A stretch of 64,000 nucleotides of DNA, taken from positions 992,001-1,056,000 of the forward strand of contig OZ252220.1 of the NCBI GenBank assembly GCA_965249135.1. Direction: 5' to 3'. This document shows positions 20,295-30,039 of this stretch, piece by piece. This DNA is from Alphaproteobacteria bacterium (GTDB taxonomy: Bacteria > Pseudomonadota > Alphaproteobacteria > GCA-2746255). The notes beneath the pieces were generated by a model, which worked only from the letters and a program-made list of their open reading frames with translations, ran no database searches and had not been told where the DNA came from. Each line of letters begins with the position of its first letter. The first letter of the stretch is position 1. The translations under genes were made by a program, and so were the position numbers.

Positions 20295-20654
20295 TTAACT
20301 GTCAGCATCATTCGATTCCTTCATTCCCGTAGTTGACGGCTGCCCCTTCTCGCCGTCCCGATAGACAAGCTCAAAGCTGTTTTCCAGAATACCGAGCCAG
20401 AGCTCGCGTTCGGACTTCGGCCATGTGTCGCCGGACTTGGGGAGCCGATTAATAATCCCCCGAATAATGAGGTCTAAACTGAGCTCATTGCCATCCCTGT
20501 CGCTCGCATCCGCACCATTGCTAACGTAGCTGGGCACATAGGAGTCGTACCCAGGTATAGTCAGTTGGCGACCTGAAGTTGTGTCACCACTTTGGATGCC
20601 CTTCGGGAATGTTTCAAGCTCTTCCACAGACGCGCCGGTTTTCCGAGCAGCCAT
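20295..20654 (-). CDS. Hypothetical protein
   Basis: GGAGG RBS; C-terminal LPKSGDTWP...WL......F.LVY. Confidence 0.55.
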   Translation of the reverse strand: MAARKTGASVEELETFPKGIQSGDTTSGRQLTIPGYDSYVPSYVSNGADASDRDGNELSLDLIIRGIINRLPKSGDTWPKSERELWLGILENSFELVYRDGEKGQPSTTGMKESNDADS

Positions 20655-20755
20655 TGGTCCCTCCCTAGCTTCCGTTTCTCGTTTTCGGCGAGTGTTCCAT
20701 ATAACAAGACTTTCCTGTTAACTTTTCGTTAATTAGGGGTATGGGTAGTGCCCCC

Positions 20756-20866
20756 TGCATCTGCAACAGAAAAGGTGTCATTTAAGTCACGATTTCGCCA
20801 CATCTCTGGCAGTTTAGCGGTGGCTCTTTCCCGGCGCTTTCTTGCTCATGATCCGTCCTCTTGTAA
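20756..20866 (+). repeat. 111-bp direct repeat, copy 1 (copy 2 at 22138-22248)
   Basis: Near-identical (2 mismatches) TGCATCTGCAACAGAAAAGG...CCTCTTGTAA. Confidence 0.92.
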
Positions 20867-20982
20867 TGTGACTCTGCTGTAAAGGAACGGCCCAGTAATG
20901 CCAACGCCAAAATGCGGTATTAGGTAGCAAACGCACCTAAAATCCCCTCAAATCTTCTCGTGGGATTTCATATGCTTAGGGC

Positions 20983-21417
20983 ATGGCCGAGCCGCACGTT
21001 GCCACCGCCCTGATCCGCAAGCGCGGGGAGATCGCCGGGCAAATCGAACACGCTCAAACGGTCCTCCGGCAACTCATCATCGACTTGGACAACCTAGACG
21101 CCACGTTGCGCCTATTCGTCCCTGACATCGAATTGGAGGACATCAAGCCAAGGCCCTTCCCGCCTCGTCACGCGGCCTTCAAGGGTGAGGTAACGCGGAT
21201 CGTGTTTGAAACCCTCAGGCAGGCCAATGAGCCGATGATGGCCCAGCAAATCGCTCAACGGGTCATGGCCGAGAGGGGGCTGAATGCTGCCGATAAACGG
21301 CTGGTTAGGCTGATTGGGAAGCGGGCCGGGGCCTGTCTAAGGCATTGGCGTAATAAGGGACTGCTCAAGTCGAATGCGGGCGTCGGACGGCGTATCGTTT
21401 GGGAGATTGCGGGTTAG
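20983..21417 (+). CDS. Hypothetical coiled-coil plus wHTH-like protein
   Basis: ALIRKRGEIAGQI...LDATLRLF; basic helical C-terminus. Confidence 0.7.
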   Translation: MAEPHVATALIRKRGEIAGQIEHAQTVLRQLIIDLDNLDATLRLFVPDIELEDIKPRPFPPRHAAFKGEVTRIVFETLRQANEPMMAQQIAQRVMAERGLNAADKRLVRLIGKRAGACLRHWRNKGLLKSNAGVGRRIVWEIAG

Positions 21418-21546
21418 TCGCTTTCCTTTTTCACCACTGACAGATTTGCCTTGTTGTCCTCTATGCGCTTCTTTCGGGCTGCCTCGTATCGCTTGCGAAC
21501 CTCCGGTTCGTCATCAAGACATCTGGCGATGTATTCTTCAACCGCC

Positions 21547-22071
21547 TCACGGATTTGTATTTATGGCCTCTTTCCAATGATCATCCAACTGGAATTGAGT
21601 CGCTGTCATTGCGGATTCATCAACCAGGTCAAGCTCTTCAAGGGTTTCAAGTATTAGGTCGCGCAGTAACTCTAACTCTTCGTCTGTTGCAAGACATGCA
21701 AAGAAAATAATTCGCAGAAGCTTTTCCGCATCACCGGGAATTTCGCACTGGCCTTTTTCCCACCGCGCAATTGATTGCGGATTGTTACCTAGACGTCCGG
21801 CCAATGCGCTTTGTGTAAGGTCTAAAGTATTCCGCAGAAATTTGACATCCTTACCTGTTAAACCTTTTCGCTTTGAAACAATGTGACGTCCAATCGCCAT
21901 ATGGAGTTCATCTACATTGCGGACAAAGACGTGGCGTTCCCCTTCATGCTTCTTAACATCATACCCATTCAGCAAATAGATGCCGTCCAGACCACACGCT
22001 TTGTAATGGTATGGCTCACTGCGGACTTCTTCCCCTATTCTGAAAAAATGATCGCTCATGAGTCTTCCCAT
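21547..22071 (-). CDS. XRE-family HTH antitoxin-like protein (MqsA/HigA-like)
   Basis: YHYKACGLDGIYL.NG; FLRNTLDLTQSALA..LG....IARWEKG. Confidence 0.75.
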   Translation of the reverse strand: MGRLMSDHFFRIGEEVRSEPYHYKACGLDGIYLLNGYDVKKHEGERHVFVRNVDELHMAIGRHIVSKRKGLTGKDVKFLRNTLDLTQSALAGRLGNNPQSIARWEKGQCEIPGDAEKLLRIIFFACLATDEELELLRDLILETLEELDLVDESAMTATQFQLDDHWKEAINTNP

Positions 22072-22733
22072 TCCACTGTCTTAATATAAGGGGATTATAT
22101 ACGAAAGTCACATTTTACCGATAAAGAGGATGGCCGGTGCATCTGCAACAGAAAAGGTGTCATTTAAGTCACGATTTCGCCACATCTCTGGCAGTTCAGC
22201 GGTGGCTCTTTCCCGGTGCTTTCTTGCTCATGATCCGTCCTCTTGTAACGCGTTATTTGCGCACCCTTGTAGCCTTCGCTTAGGTCCGCTAGATCATTGT
22301 CGGGGGCCCTGCCTAATTCATAACGCGCAGGCGCATCGCTGTTCTTTTGCTTCGCCATAATCGCATCATAGTGCTGATGTACATCAATGTACATTGATGC
22401 GCTTGCTGCCTAATGGGGAGTTAAGTATATAATTCCCAAATCAAAGACACCCATGTTGTCAGACGCCAAAATGCGAAGACGCACTTGCGGACGGACCGCG
22501 ATGGCAGGAAAAGCAACAACCTCGATTACATGGCTGGCGGCGGCTAAAGCCAGTAGGTGAAGCGCGGCTTCATAACGCGTTCATTCCTGTAATCGTCGAG
22601 ATTCCGGTACAGGTTGGCCGTTATGGAGCCGTCTTCATCGTCCCGGAATATTTCGCTCGCGATATAAATTTTATCGTCCAAGACGACGAGATAATCATAG
22701 TTTCTCAGCATCATCGCGGTGCTTCGTTTGCGC

Positions 22734-23255
22734 TTAGGCTTTTTTTGCGGCTTCGGTGAGGGCATCGGTTTTTTGCTTCGAGCCGGCCGAAGATCCGAAA
22801 TAGTAGCCGACCACGTCCTTGACCATCCAGCCAAGCGCGCCAAGCAAGACCAAGAACGGCTTCTCTACTCCGGCAGGCAGCGGAATGAATACCAAAGTGA
22901 ACATGATCCCGAAGAAGCCGGCGATGATCATCGTCCCCATGGCGGCCGGCGTCCGGTCCTTGACTTTTATTTCACGCCTGCGGGCGCTGTCGCGGTCCTT
23001 CATGGCAATCTCTTCGAGCTTGACGCCGGCGTTCTTCATCTCGATGGCAAACTTGTGATCGGCCTCTCGGATCTTGAGCGCGATCTCCGGGCCGCCGCTC
23101 TGGATGGCTGCCGCAAGATCATCCTCGCTTGCGTTCTCATCGCCGAGGAGTTCCCTGGCCAAGGTCTTGACCGCCATACCAGCAAGCGGGCCTCCGAAGA
23201 CTGTCGCGATACCTGGCGCGATTTCGCCAACAATCGACTTCCAATCGAAATCCAT
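22734..23255 (-). CDS. Holin-like membrane protein (3TM/GTA-holin type)
   Basis: DRDSARRRE, two TM helices, YYFGSS; adjacent to the lysozyme. Confidence 0.75.
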   Translation of the reverse strand: MDFDWKSIVGEIAPGIATVFGGPLAGMAVKTLARELLGDENASEDDLAAAIQSGGPEIALKIREADHKFAIEMKNAGVKLEEIAMKDRDSARRREIKVKDRTPAAMGTMIIAGFFGIMFTLVFIPLPAGVEKPFLVLLGALGWMVKDVVGYYFGSSAGSKQKTDALTEAAKKA

Positions 23256-23258
23256 TTC

Positions 23259-23669
23259 CTAACCCTCCAGGATTAGACCGGCGGCGCGCGTGGCGCGTTC
23301 GCCGACCTGTACGGCCCAGCGGCTGTTAAGCGCCTCCGCCGCTGCGTCTTCGAAATCTCCCAGCTCCATGGCGCCAAGCATCTTCTTGAACTGAGACAAG
23401 CGGGGCCAGCCAAGGTTGAGGCACATGTTCCTGAGCGCCCGCTGCCGCGGTTCGCTCATTTTCGTCCACCAGGGGACGTTCCCGTTCAGGTTGCGCCGTA
23501 CTTCTTCGAGATCGTTCCCGAGCAAGACCAGCGCTTCTGCTTCGGTGATCCCCCTGTCGTCCAGGTTCCTGCCGATGCCGATGGTGAGCTTGCCGGCCGT
23601 GTCCCGGTAAGGATGCAGCCGAAGCCCTTCGTCACGGATGAGGTCTTTGACGATTTCTTCCATCGTCAA
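23259..23669 (-). CDS. Phage lysozyme (T4-like endolysin)
   Basis: DEGLRL.PY.DT.G.LTIGIGRNL; NM..NLG; SRWA.QVG.RA. Confidence 0.92.
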   Translation of the reverse strand: MTMEEIVKDLIRDEGLRLHPYRDTAGKLTIGIGRNLDDRGITEAEALVLLGNDLEEVRRNLNGNVPWWTKMSEPRQRALRNMCLNLGWPRLSQFKKMLGAMELGDFEDAAAEALNSRWAVQVGERATRAAGLILEG

Positions 23670-24016
23670 AACCCCTTAAGCATCGCTGCCATGACCGGGT
23701 GGAGGAGCGGGACAAGATGGGTAGTTCCCATATCCAGCATCAAGACCACCAGGATCCCGTAGACGGCGGCTTTAAGTGATCTGTTGGATTTTGAGTTGTC
23801 CGCCAACGTGGCGAAGATCGAGCGCAGGATGAGAACCAAGGCGTTATAGCGATCCGTGCAGCGGGACGCATGCAGCGCAGGGTCGTCTATCTCGCGCGGG
23901 TCGAACTTGAGCGCCTCAAAATAATCGGCCTCACTGTGGTCATGGGGCGCCATGGGTTCACGGCCCTCCTGGGGTGCGTTGAGACCAGCGTTCCTTAAGC
24001 CTTTGGCCATAATCAC
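23666..24016 (-). CDS. Hypothetical membrane protein (lysis region)
   Basis: C-terminal TM helix; overlaps the lysozyme start. Confidence 0.55.
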   Translation of the reverse strand: MIMAKGLRNAGLNAPQEGREPMAPHDHSEADYFEALKFDPREIDDPALHASRCTDRYNALVLILRSIFATLADNSKSNRSLKAAVYGILVVLMLDMGTTHLVPLLHPVMAAMLKGF

Positions 24017-24104
24017 GTCTCATCCTTTTCTCAGCCATTGCGCGCCTCCTTGGGGTGTGTAGTGGTTAGGCCCTGGTCCTTGTTCACGCAGGGACCGGGG
24101 CTGC

Positions 24105-26543
24105 CTAGGTGCTAAAGCCTGTGATCCCCTTAAACAGCCTGATCGTGTCTTCCCCAAGATCCTTCTGTGACTCAGTATCCGAAATTATGGTGCCCAAAGC
24201 TGCGCCCATCGCCTTGATCTTAATGAAGTCCACAGGATCCTTCCGTCCTTTGCCCAGCAGGATTTTTTGTACGCTTTGCATAGTGAACATGCGCCCTACT
24301 CCGATATTTTCAGCGACGGTAATGAGGCCTTCAAGGCCACCACCGCGTAGGGTGGCAACGGCGCTTGCTCGCTGCAGTGATGTGCCGGCATCGGCACCGA
24401 CGCGCGAGAAGTCCTGAACGATTTCTGCGCTTTTCAGGATTCGAACATCCCCGAAGTCGAGGAACTTCAGAAGCCCGCGCTCTCCGAAGTCGGTAAGCGT
24501 TGATTGAAGCTTGTTGAAGTCCAGAACTTCCACGCCTCTGTTATCCACCTTTGACCGCCGCCAGATTTCATCAATGATCGCAGCCCTGCTCGATCTCCCG
24601 AACGGGGATTTCTTGCCGCCGTTCTTGGTGACGAGATCGAAGAACGCATTTATGCGGGCCGTATCGTTGGTGTCGAAGATGTCCCGGATAAAGCCCCGCG
24701 TTTGCCTTTGCTGCCGCATCGCATTCTGAACGCCGCTCGAGAATAGCCTGTCAATCTTAACGCCAGCTTGGCGCATGGCGGCCTGCTCATTGGCAGACAT
24801 CAGGACATTCAGTGTCTTTGAATCAAATTCGGCGAGTCGCTTTGTGATATTCCCAGGATCCGAGAAGAGATCGTTCTTGAAAGCATCCGTGAACTGCCTG
24901 AATTCCTTATCTGGGATGATCTTCTTAAGAACGACGAGATCGTCGATCTTGCCAGGTTTGGCCAGTTTACGCGCCATCGCTGTCGGCGTCTCGCTTCTGA
25001 CCACATCAATGACGGCCAGCTTCTCGCGAGTTTCGAATCGCTTCGCCGCCGACGTTCGTGCCGCCTTCCAAGCATTCCGGAATTCAGGACTCGCATTGGC
25101 AGGATCGTCCAAAACACCCTTGATCAGACCCTTCACCCTTGCGGCAACCGCTTGTGCCTCACGTGGCCCTTCCGGGCCTGCAAGGGTCAAATCATGAAGG
25201 CGTTTTTCCAGAGCACGAAGCTGTTCGGTTGGACCGACGACACGACCATTTTCCAGAGTCACGGAAGGCAGGTTTGGATCCAACTTGTCAATATCGTCGA
25301 TGACGCGAAGAAGCTCCGGGTCGAGATCATTGAGCGTGATTCGACTGCCTTCCTCAGTTTGACCGACAACACCCTGCTTGATGTCGTCTAGGTTTTTCTT
25401 CAGACCGACGATCTTGAAGCGTGGTTCCTGCACACTCCTAGCCGTCGCATAAAGAGTGTCGACGTCATTTCCTGACGTCTTCCACCATGCCTGAACGCCT
25501 TTTTGAAGCGCCCGGCCGCCTTTCCGGAAGCTGGAGGCCGCCGTTCTGGTTTGCTGCACTGCAAGATCAACAATGTCGTCTTTCGCCCGATTGAAGGCTT
25601 TGACCGTATCGGTAACGAAACGACGCCTGAGCGTGTTGTTGGTGAGGCCCTTCACGGCCTTGGCGGTGCGTGCTTCCTGATCCGCGATATATCGGCTAAT
25701 TCGCGTGGATAGCGCCCTAGATTGGCTTCCAAGAGCACCAATGATAGGCACGTCGGATGCTTGATTCGGGAGAAGCGATCGTGTGCCGAGTCGTTCTGCA
25801 GAGCGCATCGCACGTTGAGCGCCAGGTAGGGTTTGGAGAACCCCAGCCTGCCGAACCACGTTTATGCCGCCGGCAACGCCTGCGCCAAGGGTGAACCCGA
25901 TGAGCGACTGGCCACTAGCACCGACGATTTCCTCGAGTTGTTCCCCACCCGTCTCCCTCTGGGTCCCCTTGATGGTCTGGGCGGTCTGCTGCAGGGCCTC
26001 CCCAGTGGCGCCGCCACCCCCCACTCGGAGGAGGTCGGACAAAAACTGCTTAGCCCCAGGCTTTCGAAATGCGAAAAGAACAGCGACTTCTCCGACGACA
26101 TTCGGGATTTCTCCAGCGACGTCGGCTACGTCGCCTAGCACTTCCTTGCCCGCGTCGGTCAGGCTAAAGCCGAAGAGTTCGGTAAAACCAGCGTCGACTT
26201 TCCTGAATTTCTCGCTCGGATTGTTCCGATAGATGACGAGTCCTGACACAGGGACTTTGATGAGCTCGCCCTTTGGATTGAAGGATTCGAAGGCCGCTTT
26301 CTGTTCTTCAAAGGTATCCCCAAACAGGCTAAGTAGGGCTCTTGTACCAACGCCAGCGCCTGGCTTACCCAAACTTTCCTGACCTACGAAGGTTGCGGCA
26401 AACTGCTCAGGCGAGATGTTTTTCTCACGCATCTCGAGCCTAGCCATCGCTTCATTGACGTCGCTGTCTTGGCCAGCGGCTTCAATGCCTTGTTTGCGCC
26501 CAAGGCGCTCCATGGCGTCATCAATTAAGGCTTCATTCGCCAA
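24105..26543 (-). CDS. Large ejection / internal virion protein
   Basis: About 810 aa, helical with a Gly/Ala-rich segment; last of three genes after the tail module; TTG start uncertain. Confidence 0.6.
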   Translation of the reverse strand: MANEALIDDAMERLGRKQGIEAAGQDSDVNEAMARLEMREKNISPEQFAATFVGQESLGKPGAGVGTRALLSLFGDTFEEQKAAFESFNPKGELIKVPVSGLVIYRNNPSEKFRKVDAGFTELFGFSLTDAGKEVLGDVADVAGEIPNVVGEVAVLFAFRKPGAKQFLSDLLRVGGGGATGEALQQTAQTIKGTQRETGGEQLEEIVGASGQSLIGFTLGAGVAGGINVVRQAGVLQTLPGAQRAMRSAERLGTRSLLPNQASDVPIIGALGSQSRALSTRISRYIADQEARTAKAVKGLTNNTLRRRFVTDTVKAFNRAKDDIVDLAVQQTRTAASSFRKGGRALQKGVQAWWKTSGNDVDTLYATARSVQEPRFKIVGLKKNLDDIKQGVVGQTEEGSRITLNDLDPELLRVIDDIDKLDPNLPSVTLENGRVVGPTEQLRALEKRLHDLTLAGPEGPREAQAVAARVKGLIKGVLDDPANASPEFRNAWKAARTSAAKRFETREKLAVIDVVRSETPTAMARKLAKPGKIDDLVVLKKIIPDKEFRQFTDAFKNDLFSDPGNITKRLAEFDSKTLNVLMSANEQAAMRQAGVKIDRLFSSGVQNAMRQQRQTRGFIRDIFDTNDTARINAFFDLVTKNGGKKSPFGRSSRAAIIDEIWRRSKVDNRGVEVLDFNKLQSTLTDFGERGLLKFLDFGDVRILKSAEIVQDFSRVGADAGTSLQRASAVATLRGGGLEGLITVAENIGVGRMFTMQSVQKILLGKGRKDPVDFIKIKAMGAALGTIISDTESQKDLGEDTIRLFKGITGFST

Positions 26544-28218
26544 CTTTTGCACCCGCCTGAATGAGAAGTTTGCGAAGTCGCCTTGCCTCAAACACCGTAT
26601 CGGCAGCCTCGGCCGGGGTGAGGCCGAATCCGATCAGTTCGGATACCATCTCCCTTTGGCCATCCTGCTTATCAAGATCGAGCCTGATTGGCGCGCCTGC
26701 TTCACGCAACTCGCGTTCCTCAGCCAGCACCGCCAACTGGACGCCGACGCCAAGGGCTGCACGGATCTGCTCGAAACTCGCCTCGCCCTCAAGTAGCTGC
26801 AAGGCCTTCTCGGCAAGGGCGCGTTCCGGTTCGGAGAAGCGACCTGATTCTTCACCGCTGAATTCCGTGATGGATGACCCGATGACGGATCGTGCCTTGC
26901 TTCGGATGTTCTGAAGCTGGTCTTGATCAACGCCCGCCACAAACTGTGAAAAACCCTCACCTAGTCCTCTATTAAGCTGAGACAGAAGCCCAGCGCCGAA
27001 AGAGGCAACGCCACCACGGAAACCGGCCGCCCCAGGACCGGCACGCTGGAAGTCGTCGAGAAGATCGGCAAAGCTGCTGATGCGCGCAGCTGCCGCCCTA
27101 GCTTTCCTGCCTGCTTCTGCCCTAAATCTTCCGGTCGTCCTCGCTTCGGTTTTGTTCGCTTCCGCCTCCAGATCCTGTTCTGTCCGGCCAGTGATCGTTA
27201 TGAGCCTTGCTTTTCTGTCCTCAAATTCCTTTTCTGTGATCTTGCCAGCCTCGAAGTCATCTCTGAGTTTGGCGAAGTCGGTCTTCGGTTCGCCCTCTTT
27301 GGCAGAAATCTTGCCGGCTTCTTCGGCCTCCGCCGTCTTCGCCTTCTCCAGAATGGTCGTCGGAATGATGTTAAGTGCATCTTGCAGATCAACTTGCCGC
27401 CTGATCGTGCCGATCTCACTCTTTGAAAAACCCACATTCTCAGGTATCTGACTATTCAGACTCTCGAATTCAGCCATGGTCATCTGTGGCATTTGTTCTG
27501 GGCCGATGCTGTTGGCCTGAAGAATCTGCTGAACGCCCCTAATATTGGCGATAATTTGCGGGCGGTTGAAGTCGTCTTCGAAGGCGAACACGCTCTCTAA
27601 ATAATCCTTGTCGGCGAGCACTTCTGCAGCGCTGTCAGCACCGCCCCCTAAGAGACGAATCCTAGACATCACCATGCGCTTAGACGCATCGCTTAAATCT
27701 GCAAGATTTGGCGCCGCCTGCGCGAAATCGTCTGCGTTAAAATCCTCCCAGACGAAGACGCTGAAATCGAATCCTGGTGCCACATTCTTGAACGCCTCGG
27801 TGAATTGTGTGGCAATCACTTCTCGCTTATCAGCGGGTGTGGTCTTCAAGATGGATTGTATTTTGACGATTCCATCGAAGACAGCCGATGCCTTACGAAT
27901 TTCCAACTCTTCTGCGGCAAGCGCTTCTTGGCGCAATATATCTGTCGGCAATTGCTTCCCCCGGAAGCCGTCAGCCGCATTGCTGATGATCAGACCAAGT
28001 GCGGCTATCGGATTCTCCGAAAATTTCGGAAACGGGGATGCCGGTTCTTGGGCTGGGGGTGAGGCTTGGATCATTAAGGGCGTCGGCGCTGCCGCCGCTC
28101 CAGCGGCGCCAGGGATTGCGGATGCTGGCGATCCCACGGATTGCAGATTTCTTTGCGCCGCCCGGTTTTCGGGGAGCGACCCTTTGAGCCCCGTAAGCGC
28201 TCCGACTGGCAATACCAT
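26533..28218 (-). CDS. Ejection / DNA-transfer protein
   Basis: Helical 561-aa protein in the P22 gp20-like position. Confidence 0.55.
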   Translation of the reverse strand: MVLPVGALTGLKGSLPENRAAQRNLQSVGSPASAIPGAAGAAAAPTPLMIQASPPAQEPASPFPKFSENPIAALGLIISNAADGFRGKQLPTDILRQEALAAEELEIRKASAVFDGIVKIQSILKTTPADKREVIATQFTEAFKNVAPGFDFSVFVWEDFNADDFAQAAPNLADLSDASKRMVMSRIRLLGGGADSAAEVLADKDYLESVFAFEDDFNRPQIIANIRGVQQILQANSIGPEQMPQMTMAEFESLNSQIPENVGFSKSEIGTIRRQVDLQDALNIIPTTILEKAKTAEAEEAGKISAKEGEPKTDFAKLRDDFEAGKITEKEFEDRKARLITITGRTEQDLEAEANKTEARTTGRFRAEAGRKARAAAARISSFADLLDDFQRAGPGAAGFRGGVASFGAGLLSQLNRGLGEGFSQFVAGVDQDQLQNIRSKARSVIGSSITEFSGEESGRFSEPERALAEKALQLLEGEASFEQIRAALGVGVQLAVLAEERELREAGAPIRLDLDKQDGQREMVSELIGFGLTPAEAADTVFEARRLRKLLIQAGAKVGE

Positions 28219-28229
28219 TGGCCTTCCCC

Positions 28230-29054
28230 TTAAATGACGGCCCCGAGGCCGGTTAAGAAGCCACCGATGCCACCTGCGATCTCACCGAAGCCTGGGCTTG
28301 TGGTCGTCGTCGTCTGCCTGCCGCGCAAGCCAGCCAGCGCCGAGATTGCCTGGGATGGATTCCCAGGGATGCCAGTGGCAAGCCCAAGCCCAAGCCGACC
28401 CTGGGAATTTGTTAGGTTTAGGCGGTTGATGAATGCGGCATCGCGGAGTTGCTGGTTGAACTCCTGAACGGATTGCGACAGGCCTTGTTGAAACTGCGCC
28501 TGTGCCCCCAAGACTTGCTGTGTGGCAAGCGGGAAATCCAGTTCCGCCTGCGCCTGCGCCGTGCGAAGCCCGCTCGATAGTTGACCAAACTGACGTGTCG
28601 CCTCCGTGCCGATTAACGAGGCACGATCAAGGATCGGGCTATCACTCGGACGTAGCCCAAAGGACGTCGAAAGCTCCTCTCTAAGCCTTCTGGTGGTATC
28701 CGTAGTGAACCGCTCGATGTCCGTCTCACCACTTGCCAAAGCGCCCTCCGTCGCCTCATTGATCAACCTCTTTTGTTCTTCTGTGGCTGCCCCACCGCGC
28801 CGAATTGCTTCCAACTGCAGCTGAAGAAGCTCCTCTTCAAACGCCTCAAATTTTGCAGCCCTTTCCTGTTGCCTCACAAGCTCGGCTTCCTGCGCCTCAA
28901 CCAGCGGAGCAAACTGTTCGAATGCTTTTTGCTGAAGTGCGCTCTGCCTTTGAATCTCGGCAATCTGAAGATCCGCAAGCTTAATCTGCCTCTCTTGAAG
29001 TGCGAGTTCCTGTGACGTCGGAGGCGGTACGGATACCGATGTTTTGCCGCTCAT
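28230..29054 (-). CDS. Pilot / DNA-injection protein
   Basis: Gln-rich coiled coil with TTTTTSPG and a Gly-rich hydrophobic C-terminus. Confidence 0.6.
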   Translation of the reverse strand: MSGKTSVSVPPPTSQELALQERQIKLADLQIAEIQRQSALQQKAFEQFAPLVEAQEAELVRQQERAAKFEAFEEELLQLQLEAIRRGGAATEEQKRLINEATEGALASGETDIERFTTDTTRRLREELSTSFGLRPSDSPILDRASLIGTEATRQFGQLSSGLRTAQAQAELDFPLATQQVLGAQAQFQQGLSQSVQEFNQQLRDAAFINRLNLTNSQGRLGLGLATGIPGNPSQAISALAGLRGRQTTTTTSPGFGEIAGGIGGFLTGLGAVI

Positions 29055-29464
29055 GCCGCCCTCCTTCCTTGAAATACGATCATGTTTCCTGAGCCGTCTA
29101 CCTTGGCACCGCGCTTCTTCAATAATCTCTTGTAGGATTTATGTTCGAACGGCACAAATCCAGTGATAGGCCAGCACCCGCCAAGACGAAGAGTGCCGAT
29201 GCCCTGCTCGAGAAGCGCACGCATGACTCTGCCTCGAGCATGGGAATTGAGCGTGGTATCGAATATAAGCATCTCCAGGCGCCCCATCGGCTTGCTGGGA
29301 ATCACCTGAATGGCCCCGACGATCTTTTCATTTTCCTTCGCTACTAGCCACCAAGGCGCAACGTTCGACCAATCGACGTATTCTGGGTTGAACCCGTTTG
29401 GCTCGGCAAGTTTACCGATCTCAGGGCCCTCCTCATTCGTCGCCAGGTCGATAATCAGGTTCAT
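29051..29464 (-). CDS. GNAT-like virion assembly protein
   Basis: WLVAKENEKIVG; position before the ejection proteins. Confidence 0.5.
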   Translation of the reverse strand: MNLIIDLATNEEGPEIGKLAEPNGFNPEYVDWSNVAPWWLVAKENEKIVGAIQVIPSKPMGRLEMLIFDTTLNSHARGRVMRALLEQGIGTLRLGGCWPITGFVPFEHKSYKRLLKKRGAKVDGSGNMIVFQGRRAA

Positions 29465-29472
29465 CTCTTCTC

Positions 29473-30039
29473 CTACGCAAGAATCGGCGTGTCGATGTTC
29501 TGGTCTGGTGTAAATCCCGGCGCTCCGTTGAGGCTTCCCGTCTTTGTGAAGAGAACGACGATATAGACTTTATCTGTCAACAGCGCTGCCACCGCAGACC
29601 CGGTTACGTTGATTGTCTTCACGCCCTCGTTACCACTATCTACGGAGACGCTGAGGCCAGTTGATGACCCAACGGTTTCCTGGCTAGAGCACGCGCTATT
29701 GAAGCGGCATACATACACCGCCGAGATTGTGCATCCCATAAACAGAGATCCGGTAGTCAGGTTCATTCTGACGGCGTAGGTACCTGCCTGCCAAGTGTTT
29801 GCACTTGGTGCGATCTCGAACATCAAACCAGCCTGCGTTGAGTTTGGGGAAATCGTTATGCCAACTTCAGTGCTACCAGCCGCCGCCCCTTTCGTTGCCA
29901 ACTTTCCTTGCGGACTCGAGGCTATAGTCCCTCCTGAGCACCCAACGGCCGTGCCGCAGACCGCATTCGTATCCGTCTGCCGCGCAATATGGCCCGTGCC
30001 GCTGCTGAATGTTGCTATCATGCGATCAGAAGATGGCAT
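29473..30039 (-). CDS. Beta-rich virion/tail protein
   Basis: Ser/Thr/Gly-rich 188 aa, coupled to the tail-fibre gene. Confidence 0.5.
   Translation of the reverse strand: MPSSDRMIATFSSGTGHIARQTDTNAVCGTAVGCSGGTIASSPQGKLATKGAAAGSTEVGITISPNSTQAGLMFEIAPSANTWQAGTYAVRMNLTTGSLFMGCTISAVYVCRFNSACSSQETVGSSTGLSVSVDSGNEGVKTINVTGSAVAALLTDKVYIVVLFTKTGSLNGAPGFTPDQNIDTPILA

Larger units (their letters stand above)
20232..22437. mobile_element. Nest of transposase-less IS1595-like ends with passenger genes
   Basis: GGGAGT(C/T)AAGTATATAATTCCC at 20232 and 22416; inverted GGGGATTATATACG at 22090; second IR pair 20915-20936 / 22398-22414. Confidence 0.55.
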
